Position numbers and translations under genes: made by a program. A stretch of 64,000 nt of DNA from Octopus bimaculoides. Taxonomy: Eukaryota. The stretch is from the NCBI RefSeq assembly GCF_001194135.2, contig NC_068981.1:152535398-152599397 (forward strand), written 5' to 3'. The notes under the pieces were generated by a model. That model was not told the origin of the DNA, did no database searches, and worked only from the letters and a program-made list of their open reading frames with translations. Positions 11,101 to 25,420 of this stretch are shown piece after piece (within the stretch, counting starts at the first letter, position 1; each line of letters opens with the position of its first letter).

Positions 11101-12478
11101 TCAGTTTGAGAGTCACCTATTTAACACCTGCACATGGTACTTAATGACTTGAGTGAAGTTTACTCTGACCTAAACATTAAGATTCAGTTATCCGGATTCA
11201 TATTTAGGAGGGGTTAATGTTGGTTATATCAACCCCCAATATTTGTTCTTTATTTTATAGATCCTATGGGTATTTTTAATTCGGGCAATAAAGAGGACGT
11301 AAGTAATCGGCACTAGGCATTTGTTCGGTGTTCTAATGAGACTGTCATCTACTGACCATAAAAATTTTTTTTTTCTAATATAAGCACAAGGTTTGTAATT
11401 GTTTCCTCACATCGACACATGGCCTGAAATTTGGGAGAGGTTGGGGGGGGGGGCTAGTCGATTATATTGATACCAGTACTTTATTCTCTAGGAGATGAAA
11501 GACAAAATTAATTTTAGCGGGATTTGAACTTCGAATGTAAAGAGCCTAGATAAACACCACAAAGCATTTTGTCCGATGTTCTAACGATTCTGTCAATCCA
11601 ATGTCACAAAATGTATAGATCCCGAAAGTATGAAAGACAAACGCAAGTACGCAGTTAGAAATTTGGAAGCAGGAACATCTGCAAAGGTGAAAGTTTCCAT
11701 TCCATGTAAAGTGAAAGCACCGCATTATTTTGTTTTATTATAGTATAGAGTTTCTTTGAAGGAATAACTTATTTATGGATTTCAGTTCAGTAACGTGTTG
11801 TTATTCTCTGTTATGAGAACACATGATATTTAGTTCGGCATTCCTGACTCTGTTCTCAAGTAAGATAAGCAAGGATGTTCATATCTTATACACAGTGAGC
11901 ATCAGAGACCGTATACAAAAATTAAACCTTTAACTGGTGAATATGGAGAGTTATCAGCGGGAATTTTCTTAAAATCGACATAAATTGATCCTTAATGTCA
12001 TAAATGACAGACAAATAGTTTGATAGGATTTTATTTAACAAGAAAATTCTAATATCATGACAAATTGTTTCATAACTTAAAAGCGTGCAAATAATTTACA
12101 TGTCTGTATATAAAAATATTTATAATCTAATCATACCACCACCAAGTGTAAATTGATCAAACCATTTCAACAACCTTTTGGTTCTGTTTGATGTCATTTA
12201 CATTTGTCATTCTGTTCTCATAGGAGGCACTGAAAGGACAGGTAATCATCCAGTAAGGAATGGCTTATCATGTGCTTCCCTTATATACTGAAAGGGGAAA
12301 AAATGCAAAAAGAACTTTGTGTATTATAATTCAAGTTTGTTTTCACTGGTTTGTTTTCACTGGTTTGTTTTCACATAGTTGTAAAGATCACGGAGTACAT
12401 TGAGCAAGAACAAAATTGAGAGTAGGTTCATAAATTATTTGATTATTTCACTGCATGCTCCAACCATAAACTGCAAGT

Positions 12479-12479
<1 letters not shown>

Positions 12480-12511
<32 letters not shown>

Positions 12512-13020
12512 GTCGTCGTCATCTTTTAACGCCTGCTTTCCTTGCTGGCATGGGTTGGGTGGTTTGACTGAGGGCTGGCAAGCCAGAAGGCTGCACCAGG
12601 CTCCAATCTGATCTGGCAGAGTTTCTACAGCTGGATGCCCTTTCTAATGCCAACCACTTCGAGAGTGTAATGGGTGCTTTTTACGTGCCACTCGTATGAG
12701 GGCCAGTCAGGCAGTACTGGCATTGACCATGCTTGAATGGTGCTTTTTACGTGCCACTTGATGGGAGCAAGTCAGGTGGCACTGGCAATGACCACACTCG
12801 AATGGTGCGTTTTATGTGCCACCAGCATGGGACCAGTCAGTCGGCACTGGCATCGACCACGCTCGAATGGTGCTTTCTACGTGCCACCGGCATAGGAGCC
12901 AGTCAGGTAGCACTGGCAACGATCACACTCAAATGGTGCTTTTTATGTGCCACTGGCACGGGCGCCAGTCAGGCGGTACTGTCACTGGCCACGACAATGA
13001 CTTCACCTGACTCAACAGGT
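12480..13020 (-). mobile_element. RTE-tail-type repeat with ~70-bp internal tandem units (related copies ~7955-8460, 27900-28620, 41400-41780, 42270-42570, 45045-45220, 53340-53630, 56690-56790, 61690-62150)
   Basis: (CAT)n-tttaac-ttccatgctagcatgggttgg...acagctggatgcccttcctaa.gccaaccac motif recurs. Four to five units of tggtgctttttacgtgccac...gccagtcagg..gcactggc at 12670-13000. Confidence 0.7.
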
Positions 13021-14496
13021 TGGCTGAATTATACAATCCAGGCCAGGTAAGTTTTCTAAGTCTTCATTTCATCAGTATTGAATGGCTTAACTAAACAATA
13101 CCAATTTTTCTTTATACAAGAGATAAAGAATCCTTATCTTCCTCTTATATAAAGAAAAACTGGCCAGTATCAGCATTCAGTATGAATCTCTGATGAATTG
13201 AAGGCTTAGAAATCTTACCTTGACCAGGTTTTATAATCTAGTCTTAAACTTCACTGGAACACATGTAACATGATGTAATTGAATAAATTAAATGTAACAA
13301 CTCACCAGTTGTATTTCCTATTTACACACACATCTCTCTCCCACTAAAGCAGAGTTCTTTGCTTATGTATGAAATCTTGAGATAATCTACACACATTATA
13401 TGTTGATAAAAATTCATTTATTTATAATGCTATTTTAGGATGTCCAAAAATAATGATCTAGCCAACATTTTTCAAAACTATGAATGCTATATACAGTTGA
13501 TATTTGCTAGTATTATAATAATGCTGAATTTCCTTCAAGTAAGATATATTTTTTAAATACTTCTAATATCTAGAATTCCATATTCAAGAATATCTTGAAT
13601 TCTATATTCAAGAATATTCAAAGATAAAACATTTTTCTGTAATAAGAATGCTATAGAGACACCAATTACATCTATTTGTGTGTTAAAAAGTAGGATCCCC
13701 TTCAAAGTAGGTAATTTTTTAAAGTGATGAACTTCATAGAATCTATGATCTTGTTGTATACACATGTTTATTGATTGTCTAATAATTCTTTGTAAAGATG
13801 GAACCTAGTTAGTTTCAGGATTTAACTGCTTTTATGGCATGGACGAAATATTTGGTTTCAACTTAATTGTATTGAGACCTCTAACTTTATATTATTTCAT
13901 GTGTCTTTACATTCTGAATTCAAACTATGCCGAGGTCGACTTTGCCTTTCATCCTTTCAGAGGTTGATAAAGTACCAGTTGCGTACTGGGGTTGATCTAA
14001 TCGACTGGTCCCTTCCCCAAAAATTTCAGGCCTTGTGCCTAGAGTAGAAACAAATATCATATATATGAAGTATATCCACTGCTATGTTTTAATGGATTAC
14101 ACACACACATGCATGCATACATACATACAAATATACATATGTGTGTTTGTGTATACACATGCCCACACACACATGTATATATAAAAAATTTCAGGATTCA
14201 AGTGAATCAGATCCTTAGATAGTAAAGCACGAAGATCAGGTTGGTGATACCGCTATTGTGTACAAACAATATTTGAAGATAAATATGTACTTACTAAAGT
14301 AAACATGGATTTATACTCAGGCTGAGTATACAATCACAAATGGCCAACTGAATATACGAGTCTTCAAGGTCACACACAGGTATAAACACTACCCATTGTA
14401 CTACACTCAATAGACTCCAGATCCAAGTAAATCGAAAGTTCCGAGTTTGGTAAATGATTAGCAACTTACAGGTTCCGAGTTAGATGAATGATAAGC

Positions 14497-14738
14497 TGGT
14501 TCACTACAGCTGTTTCTGACATGTTTTTATTGATGAATAGAAGTGTTACATCATGCAACCCCCCCCCCCCCANNNNNNNNNNNNNCCACAAAGAAACTGT
14601 TTGCATCAGGTGAATACATGTACAAAGTGCCAATTTTGACTCTTACATGTATTCAACTGATGAAAACAGTTTTTTATGCATGCTGTAACACTTATATTCA
14701 TCAATAAAAAACACATCTGAAACAGCTGTAGTGAACCA
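14497..14738. repeat. Nested double hairpin element
   Basis: Outer ~60-bp arms (tggttcactacagctgtttc...). Inner ~28-bp arms (aaactgtttgcatcaggtgaatacatgta). Poly-C and a small N gap lie inside. Confidence 0.75.
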
Positions 14739-15012
14739 CAAGCCATCTGTTGCTATTTGTTTATATGTACATAAATATAAAATTATAAACAGAGAAATAG
14801 ACTATGATGAAATTCATTTTATCATTAGATATTCATATTTAACAACAATTGTTTCACAGCTTAATAAACATGAATAAATAATAAATATTCTATGTTTTGT
14901 AAAATGATACATTAAGGAGCTTTTTTTTGAGTACCACTGAATTAATTGAATCCATATAGTCTGACTTAAATTTATACATATATATGTGTGTGTGTGTGTA
15001 TAGCTATATATA

Positions 15013-15420
15013 TGAGGAGGTATCAAAAAGGTTTCGGACTAGTTATGTAGTGCACAAACTGATGGCAGAATGTGGTTCTGTACGCAGTGAGAGCTACCAA
15101 TGACCTTCCTGAGGTAGTGTGCTGAGTGGCATCACTGTGTTTACGTTGCAAGTTGTGAAATTTGTGTTTTTGGGATCACATGTATGCTGTGGTCTGTGAT
15201 TTTGTCATGGACAGGAACAAAGAGCCAATGTGAAATTTTGCATTAAACTTGGGAAGTCTGCTGCAGAGACATTGACCACACTTTAGCAAGCTTATGGTGA
15301 TGAGGCAATGAGTAGTATGCAATGTTTTAAGTGGCACGGGTGCATGAAAGGCAGAAGAAAGTCCATGGAAAACAATGAGCAACCTCGAAGACCTGCCACG
15401 AGCATCACCCCTAGAAATAT
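15013..15420 (+). mobile_element. Mariner transposon 5' remnant (TIR plus N-terminal HTH)
   Basis: TA-tgaggaggtatcaaaaaggtttcggact TIR. ANVKFCIKLGKSAAETL..QAYGDEAMS..CFKWH...ENNEQPRRPATS. Confidence 0.85.
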
Positions 15421-16855
15421 AGTATTGTGCATCGAAAATTCAACCCCCAGGACTAGACCATCAATTGAGAGTTCTACTGTGACATTTTGAAGAATTCGAA
15501 GGAGGACATTTGGTGAAAGTAACTGAATCTGTGTATAATTTACCATCAGGTTCCAAAAAGATTAACATATTACCTCCATTACGGGACTAATAACTCCTTC
15601 TGGGCAACTACCTGGGTCTCATTATAATGATAATTATGTACTGATATGTATATTCGACCCAAAGCTTCTCTTCTGTCACCCTCTCTCACTAAGTTTGTCA
15701 AACTTATAGAAATTTTGATTACTAATATCCAGAGTTTTATATTTTCAGTCTAAAGCTCCTTCAACCATCTGCAATTAGCTTCATAATTTGTAGTAATATT
15801 TATTTACAGTCATTAAAATGAGAATATTTTCTTAATGTATATTAAATTAAATATATTAATTAATGGGTAGAGGTAAAACTCATTTCAAATGAAAAAAATA
15901 ATTAAAAATATAATTGTTTTTTTTTTTTAATATAAAGTTTTACATCTTTCTTTTACATGTTTTTAAATGTTTTATCTGAAGTCTATTAATTTATATAACT
16001 AATAGAATAGACATATAGCTTTTGCAGATTCTTTTTAACACTATCAGGGTTTAGTTAACACACCCTACAATTCAGCTGTCACCTCAACCTACTGAAAATA
16101 CAAACCAATTCTCACACCCATCAAATACTTAAATAAAGGTTATGTTGAACAATGTATTATCTGACATTTAAATAACAATATTATCATGATATTGTCAACT
16201 ACAACTTATTTGGGACTACCCAACAAGCAATGAAGCTTACTTTGAACCAATGACAGAAGGCCTCTCCACAAGCAATGTCTTAAATTATTAAGACATACTT
16301 TGCAAAATATAGTCCTATATAAACAGATGATAGCACATACACATACGCACATCTGGTTGTATAGACTGAGGTAAAATAAAAAATATATGATTAAGGTGTG
16401 GTTCTTTAATATGTCAAATTGGAGCTGACTTGAACTTGTGGCAACTAATCCAACTCCTACTAGCATAGAAAATGGATCCATAAAATTATATATATATATA
16501 TACATATATTTATAACTGTATATATATTTATAACTATATATATTTATAACTGTATAGTAATATATCATAATGATATTTTATTCTCCGATTTGAAGTGACA
16601 GTTTTTAAATACAAACAAATGACTGAAAAGTGATGAGCTAACCCTAGCCAGAATCGGACCCACAAATCAATGCTAACATAACTCTTTGTGCATCCGATTT
16701 GGCCAAATGCTCACCCATCAATTTCAGCCAAATTTAGTTTATGTATATGTTTATANNNNNNNNNNNNNNNNNNNNNNNNNNNNNNNNNNNNNNNNNNNNN
16801 NNNNNNNNNNNNNNNNNNNNNNNNNNNNNNNNNNNNNNNNNNNNNNNNNNNNNNN

Positions 16856-16891
<36 letters not shown>

Positions 16892-19800
16892 TTCTTATTG
16901 TGACTAACAGAAAACTTCCTGGTGGATAGTTTTCTTGTGAGTACTGGAAATGGAAATTATTGTTTTTTTCTTTTATTACCATAGCAGTGAGGGATGATGG
17001 TAAGGATGTATTACAAAGTGGTAGAGGCTTTATATTGGACATAAAAACCAACAATAACACATAATGAAATGAAATAGTCTGTGTTACAATGTTTAATATT
17101 TATGGAATAATTATGGTCTATATAACAAACAATGTTTCTCATATAATCAGTAGAGGAAATAACTTTTGTATACCATTTAGACATAAAAGAACATAAACTT
17201 AGTTTAGATTTTGTATTGTTTAGATTGTGACTTGATCTGTATTTATGTTTTGAAACTTAAGCAATTACATCATGGAAGATCCATTTTAGCTATATAAACT
17301 GCTATATTCACTTTCCATTTATTTCTTGTGTCAAATTTTCATTAAACTGTTTCAATTTGGTCACTGATGCAATTCTAATTTTGTTACAGCTCTGTGACTT
17401 GGTTATTGGTACAGTTGTATCAACAACCAGGTTGTTTACATTCTCTGCAAAAATATATTCTGTAGCTCTGCCCCTTCAAAAACCAATTGAAATAAAAACC
17501 CTTTACTTGAATAACAGATGAGGGTTGACAACAGGAAGGGCATCCAGCTGTTAAATAGTAACTTAGCAAATCTGTTCCACTCTGTTGCATACACCCTGTG
17601 CAATTGAATTCACACACATTCATATTCAGTCATGCATTCTCGTATTTATAGTCATCTAAATACATATAGAATCACCTGCTGTAATTATAAATAATAAAGC
17701 CATTCATAATATACAAAGAAAATATACGTGTATTTGGAACTTCAACTTATACTAGCAACAAGCCAACAAGGAACTTATATGCATTCACTTGACTTGCTAT
17801 AAATAGCAAATGAATCTCTCTCTGTTATCTTGAGAAAAAACATTGGATAGTTAGACTGGAGTGTAGTATTCTTTAAGAAAATAATAATAATAATAATAAT
17901 AATCGTTTCTACTATAGGCACAAGGCCTGAAAATTGAGGGGAGAGGGCTAGTCAATTACATCAACTACAGTATGCAACTGGTATTTAATTTATCGACCCT
18001 GAAAGGATAAAAGGCAAAGGCGACCTTGGCAGAATTTGAACTCAGAACATTCTATCTGTTTTATGTTCATACTAATAAGTTCCAGCCTCTCTCAGCTGCA
18101 CTACAATGTCATTCTAAAAATAAACAGCCACATCTTCAAAATCTCGAAGTTACATGATAATGCATGATTAATTCAAAATAATGTGAATAAATAAGTATCA
18201 CATTTGACAATAATCTGAATGCTAAAGGGTAAGTATAATGACAAAAAGATATTGCAACTGATGTTCAATTTTGACAAGTTTCATTTGATTAATAGACTCT
18301 ATTGTTTATTTCTTAAATTTATCCTATGTTATATTCTTAGTAATACCTTAGGCCCTTAAGTTAGAGAACACATTTTCTCTTTTTCAGATGAAGAGACTGC
18401 TCTGAAACATCAAATTCCTTTTGTGTCTTCATGGCATATGAACTTGCATTTAATTCATGAACTTTACTTTAGCCATGTTATGTTAAGAGCATTACTCACC
18501 TGATAACAACACATATTCACACAGGACTCATACTCTAATGTCCATTTAACAAGTGTAACATCTGACACTTGATATTGCAGGAACCAATTGAATAGATCAA
18601 TAAACTGATCAATATTTTAAATATATCTGCAACCGTAGGTTATATTTATTTCTTTTATGATCACATTTTATAGAAATAACTTAATAGACACAAGCTATTT
18701 TTTTCTTGTCATTCTACAGATGTGGTCAATCTGCAATAAGCCATCTAAAACTGGATTTGGGTAGTAATTTAACTGAAAATTATATTGACGAAAATGTGTG
18801 TGTGTAAGTGATTAAGAAGCTTGTGTCTTGGGCAAGTGTCCTCTGCTATAGCCCCAGGTTGCCTAAATCCTTGTGAATAGCTTGATAGATAGAAACTGAA
18901 AGAAACCTGTTGTGTGTGTATATATGCTTATGTCTCCTAGCCTTGACATTGCATGATAGTTATAAATGTGTGTCAGTTATGCAAGCTGTGTCATTCATTT
19001 CCATTATTCTGCATAAGCATTTCTGACCATGGGGAAATTTTATCTTCCTCAGAAACAGGTGAAAGTTGGCAACAGGAAGGACAATGATGATATAAATATT
19101 CATATATTTATTCAGCATCTGTTTTTCCATCTTAGCACAGGCAGGACAGGGACTTATTTGATGTAGTATTTAGTGGTCGGCTGCTCTTTCTGTCATCAAC
19201 CTGCACTTATTTTTCATGTAAAGGATTCCAAAAGTCTTTAAAAGTGCAACAATGAATGTAAATTTCATGTCACCAATTGTAACAAGCAAAGCATGGTATG
19301 CCAATATCAAAGCACATTTGTGCAACTGTGTGCACATGTGTATGTGCACATACACGTGCAGTGAGCTTCCTATTGCTTCTCTCTACCAAATTCATTCATA
19401 AGGCTTTGAATGATCCAGGCCTATAGCAGAAAATACTTTTCCAGAGTGCCACTCAGTGAACTGAACTTGAAACCACATGGTTGCAAACTTCTTAGCTGCA
19501 TAGCCATGTGTGTGTGAGGAGAAACTACTCTTCAGTTCTGGAACTGACAAACTGTCATGAAAGGGTACTGAGTCAGTGCATTATAATTCTGATTGTGTCC
19601 ATCTGTAAAAACCATTTCTTCCCTCTCAAGAAAAACAAAGCAAATGTAACATAGTCAACAAAAAATATGATTGGCAGTTTGTTTCTGGTTATGTGTCCCG
19701 TAGGTGACAAAGGACCACAAGATACAGTGAGACCTGCACAACTCACGATAGCTTGGAAAAATATTTAAAATGATGATATATTTGCATGTATTGGCTTACA

Positions 19801-21845
19801 GAAATTTTCTCTAATATCTGTCAATGTTTCCTGGTTTTTGTTACTTCAATTTCTTCATTCTCTCATCTTCTGCTTAACTTGTATCATTTCCAAATACCAA
19901 GAATTCCAAGAATTATAAATCACTTCCTATTTTATGTTGCTAAAATGTTATCTTTCAAAATTAGTTGGTTATATGCTTTATATTAAACAGCCAACTTAAC
20001 ATATTTCAGATTCTATTTTGATTCTATATATTTATTTAGTAATTACTGAAAGGCAGTTGTTTGCATTCTTATGGATTCTAAATTTAAAATCTTCAGCTAC
20101 AGACAAAATAGTTGGCATGTAATTTAAACCATGGTAGTTTGAAATAAAGTGAAAGGAAAAGAATATGCATTTTACAGTTTTATATCATTATAGCTAACCT
20201 TCTCATATCCCAGTATATATTTCTTCAAATACCAGCTCAGGTTAATGAATATAATAAAAAAATCTATTATGAAAGATACTGTTAAAGCATTACAAGCTAT
20301 GACAAGATGCTAGCAACTTACTGATATTGTTAGCTTGCTAGGAATTTATATGTATAATACACACATTGAAAGCCCACTCGTATAAAAATTCATTATCTTC
20401 TCACTAAAAATATTACAAATTTAGAATTAGGTGTTTGTTTTTAAGATGCATATCACATTCTGTTTAACTGAAATTAATTTTTTTAATTATTTCATATTTC
20501 CAATAACTTTACATAATTGATAACATAAGTTTTCATTTTCTATTTCTATCTTCTAAAATGTAATGCAACCACCTCCTCATCCTATTCATGCTGGTTTTAT
20601 AATACTGACTTATCAAGCCTGTGTTATATCATCTGACAGCCCGATCTACAGCTTTACTAATCTTTCAACCTCTGTTACTAACACTTTCACTTCCTATATA
20701 TATTATTTAATAGCATCACATATTTCTTTGAGTGCAGTTGTCTCTCCTCACTATATCATGTTGTTGTTGTTTTTTGCAGGGGTGGAGTTCTTTTTTTTTT
20801 TCCTTCTCGTATTGCATTTTGTGGGCTGTGTGGTTTAGGAAGTTCAGTTTGCAATCACATGGTTGCAGGTCCAGTTGCATTGCATAGCACCTTGGGCAAG
20901 TGTCTTCTACTATAACCCTGGGCTGATAAATGCCTTGTGAGTGAATTTGGTTGACAGAAACTGTGTGGAAGCCTCTTATGTATATAAAGTGTATGTGTGT
21001 TTGTTGTTCCCCACTGCTTGGCAGCCAGTGTTGCTTTGTGTACATCTTTGCAACTTAGTGGTTCAGCAAAAGAGATTGATAGAATAAGTAATAGACTTAA
21101 AAAGTAAAAAGTACTGGGGTCAATTTATTCAACTAAACCCTCCAAGGTGGTGCCTCAGTATGACCATAGCCCAATGACTAAAACAAGTAAAAGATGAAAG
21201 GAAGACAATAGTTACTGTTGGCTACAGGTTCCCATTGGGCCACTTAATAGCTCACTGCATTTAAAAGCCCAAGAGTAACAACAGATTGCCTATGTAGCTC
21301 ATCTGAAACAAATACAACAGAAACAGTGGTTTATCAACTTTTGTTTAATGTTTACAAATCTTGTTGTTGATGTATATCAATGAACGATATATATTTACAT
21401 GGAGCTTTTACACAATATCTGTCTGCCAAATTCCATTCATAGTGTATTGTTCAACTGATGTCTGTGATAGATGAAAGATATCTGCCTCAAATGTTTTGCA
21501 GTGAAATTAAGCCTGAAACTACTTGGTTGCCAAGCAGACTTTTAACTATGCAGCTTTTCTTCCTATGCATTTTATATCTCACTTGTTGATTTTCCATTGC
21601 ATATCAACAAATTATGCACAATTCTGATAATTGCAGATCTGCTTCATTGCATCAGTGTTCTTACTCCAATACTTTTTGGTATACTTTTGAGATAGACATG
21701 ACCATAACGGTTAAAATGAAATCAAATTGTGTTGCTTCAGTTAAAACTATTAGACAAGTATCTAATGGTGAATATAGTGAAATAACAGTAAATATGTTGG
21801 GAGAAATTCCCTCAGTAAGAGAATCTAGTAGTTAGACTCAATAAA

Positions 21846-22067
21846 CCCTTTAGCATTTAAACCAGCCATATCCAGTCTAAAATATCCAACCTGTTTTATG
21901 GTCAAATTGACTTGATCCAGCCTTTCACACCTATCCTACAATGTCATTCTAAAAATAAACAATCACATCACTGAAATCTTGAAGAAACAAGATAATGCAT
22001 GATTAATTCAAAGTTATCTGAATAAATAAGCCTTACATTTGACTGAGTAATCTGAACGCTAAAGGGT
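21846..22067. mobile_element. ~220-bp piggyBac-type MITE family (copies ~18060-18232, 31868-32087, 33880-33925 fragment, 38682-38890)
   Basis: ccctttagcatt...gctaaaggg termini at TTAA-like sites and a shared body (taatcatgcattatc.tgtagct; acattgtaggg). Confidence 0.7.
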
Positions 22068-23320
22068 TCAAGCAGTAATTCAGCAAATATATACTTTTGA
22101 TACTGAAATTATTGTTAAGTTTAACTAAATACCTTGCTTAGCAATATCATAAAAGAGACACACTTATACAAAGTATGAGTCATTGTGTTCCTGTTCTTGT
22201 CTTTTTTATAAATCACATTTCATTTGAATGAGGACACCAGTTTGTATACTGCTGAGAATATCTCAGAAGGGATTAGCTTTGTGGTTCGCTCTACATCTAA
22301 AATATGGTGGCAAGTTAGTCATGTCATTTACCTGTAAGAGCAACTAGCTTTCTTTGAGGCTAACATATCTGATTTCATTTCTTCATATACTGCTGTAAGA
22401 GTGGCTTCTCTACTTGACTACAAAACAGGTACTTATTGTTTCCATATCTACTACGATAAAAGAATGTTTGTTTTTTTTTATATATTAATTTTTGACACTT
22501 AGATAAGATTGCTCATGTTCAGTCCACTGCAGGACAAACACCTCAACATGTTTTCTTCACCAGCCAGTCTGATATGGTGGCTGTATATCTGAGTTTGATG
22601 AGCCTATTCTGCCACACTGGCTGAACATGACTTGGCAGAGGGATGCAGTTTTTATACTCTTATAATTCGATTACATCAACCCCAGTGCTCAACTGGTACT
22701 TACTTTATCAACGCCAAAAAGATGATAGGCAAAGTTGGCCTTGGTGAAATTTCTGCTCAGAAAGTTAAGATGGACGAAATACCACTGAGCATTCTACCCA
22801 GCATGCTACCAATTCTGCCAGCTTGCAGACTTATTTTTGACACTAATACTATACATCTATTTAGTGGTTCCGTCATATCTAATTTGAGTTGTATGATGTC
22901 ATCTATGGTTTATTGAAATCTAATTACAATGAATCGTCTCCAAAATCATATGCCTTGCTTGATGAAATGTTCAGAATATCTCATTTGTAATCTTCTCAAA
23001 GCTATTAAAGATTAATTAATTCCCATTTTATTTTAATGAGTACATCAGCCTTATTATTTATTTAGTTATTCATTTTTGTGGTTATCAAATTAGAGATCTA
23101 TTAATACAAAGTTTAACTCTGCTGTGAAATGAAAATTTCTGTTCAGTTAGTTCTATATCAGTTTTTGTATGGGAAAAGTGTAGTTGTATTTACATTGTAG
23201 CCACTAAAAAGTACACAAAAACTTTTAAGTTCACAGTTTTTGTGTTCTTAAATATCTAAAACAGCACTTTTATGGTATAATTGTTTCAGTTTCAGCATCA
23301 TCATCATCCTTTCATTTAAC

Positions 23321-23645
23321 CAGTAGTGTAATGGGAGTGGGGAGTGTCCTGGGCACTGATTGAAGCGGAAGTAGGTGTGCAGAATTGACCATAATACGAT
23401 AAGCTTGAACTCCATTTATAAAATTTGTGAAAGTAAATATTCAAAAAATATATTTTGAATTAGAGGCTGTACCGAACCAGCAGGTAAATGAACTCTGGTA
23501 AAGTATTTATTCCTAAAATATTGCTTTAAAACATTAATTACTTGTAACAAATAAGTACTATATAATATCGTGGATTTGGTAATTGCGGGGAGGGGTGCAT
23601 TTTTGCGGCTTGCCCCACATGCAGTTTACCCTAGCCACACCACTG
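23321..23645. mobile_element. hAT-type MITE
   Basis: TIR cagtagtgta / cagtggtgtg. 8-bp TSD catttaac / tgtttaac. Confidence 0.7.
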
Positions 23646-24866
23646 TGTTTAACATCTGTTTTCCATGCTAGCATGGGTAGGATAGTTTGACAGGAAGTGG
23701 AAAATGAGGAGACTGCACCCAAGTCTGCTGACTATTTTGGCATGATTTCTATGATTTCTATGGTTCCTAACACCAACCACTTAAGAAAATGAATTGGGTG
23801 TTTTTTATGTGGCATCAGCAGCAATGAAGTCACTAAGTAACTTGCATGACAAGAACCCTCAACTGGATGGCAGGGAGTTGTATTGAGGGACAGAAAGGTA
23901 TCTTGCATTAGAAGAGAGACATGGCTTTTTCAGATGGAAAGAAAGCTAGTAAAGATGTGACAGAGAGGGGGCAGGAGTTATACACCCAAGTTACATGGTG
24001 CTGTACATAGTGAAGTGAACTAGGGATTGGAGAGGGTGAGTGGATTTTGAATGAAAAGTGGGAGCTAGAGGTGGGGGAAAGAGATTTAACAGGAGCATAC
24101 TGTGTACAGGTAGGTAGGTGGATACATGAGGGAGAATGGAGGGGAAGGGAGAAACTAGTGGTGGGTATGGGTGAGTTGTGAGGGAAGGAAGGGGTTCATG
24201 GACATGGATTTTACTTTACTGGGTGGGTCTTCTCAAGCACAGCATATTACCAGTTCTCAGTCCCTTTTCATTGCCTCTGTGAGGCTCAGCATCAGATAAT
24301 CATTTTTACCGTCCTTATCCCATATCATCCTGGGTCTTCCTCTTCCACAGGACCCCTCCAAATTTAGAGACCAACACTTCTTTATGCAGCTACCCTCATC
24401 CATGTGCATCATATACCACACCAGTTGAATATTCTCTCTTGCACACCATAGCTGATGCCACTTATCCCCAATTTTACTCTCAAAATATTTGCACTTTGTT
24501 GTATATGTACACTGATATTGCATATCCAGCAGAGCATGCTGGCTTCGTTTCTTTCAAACCATGGCATGTCCTATGTAGTCACAGCCCATGTTGCACTGCC
24601 ATATAGCATAGCTATCTGTACACAGGCATCATACAGTTTGTCTTTTACACTGAGAGAGAGACCCTTTGTTATTAACAAAGGTAATAGCTCTCTGAATTTT
24701 GCTCAACCTATTCTTATTCTAGCAACTATACTTTCAGAGCAACTCCCAATACTACTAATTTGGACTCCTGGTAGCAAAAACTATCTGCTACCTCCAAGGA
24801 ATCCCTTGGATATTTGAGGAAACCTATTTCTTGCACATCTAACACACACACACACACGCACGCACG

Positions 24867-24909
<43 letters not shown>

Positions 24910-25420
24910 CTACTACTACTACTACTACTACTTCTTCTGTTAATATTCCTGTAATTTTACTTCATCTCTTATGTCTCCATAGCTTGCACTGGGTACACTG
25001 AATGTAATTTCTACTTACATCTTTCCTACATATTGAACAGGGCCATTAACCTGAAGGGATTAATAATTTGTCTGCTTTCCTGCTTACTAGTACTTTGGCT
25101 TTTGCTAAATTAACTCTTGCTGAAATTTCTTCTCTAGTAACAATTCAGCTATAAAAACAGTCATCAGCAAAGAAGAGCTCTCAAGGGCAACCAGCCTTAA
25201 ATTCCTTACTTATGGCCCGGAAGACTATGATAAACAAGAGGGGGCTGAGAACCGATCTTTGAACTCCTACTTGTACACTAAATTTGTTGCTGTACTCAAT
25301 GCTGACTTTCAACTTACTGACAGCATCTCTGTACATGGCTTGGACAGCTTTCATTAATCAGTCATCTCCTGTAATTACCTTACTAGGAAGGTAGCACAAG
25401 TGGTGCATCTCCTGATCAAG
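23646..25420 (-). mobile_element. RTE-clade LINE remnant (RT C-terminal half plus 3' UTR), interrupted by microsatellites
   Basis: AVQAMYRDAVSK...VQVGV..SVLSPLLFII...FADD...RVNLAKAKVLV, then ...MDEGSCIKKCWSLNLEGSCGRGRPR. 3' tail is (ATG)n. Confidence 0.8.
24841..24932. repeat. (CA)n(CACG)n(CA)n(CTA)n compound microsatellite
   Basis: Directly visible. Confidence 0.95.

Noticed and set aside
12670-13010. Regularly spaced repeat units superficially like a CRISPR array
   Set aside because: Eukaryotic context, degenerate ~70-bp tandem units with related spacers, part of a recurrent retroelement-tail repeat, and no cas genes.
22297-22331. 35-38-nt GT-AG intron candidates (also ~11860-11895 and ~32270-32307)
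   Set aside because: Far shorter than any intron in the two confident genes here, and phases mostly conflict. Likely chance.
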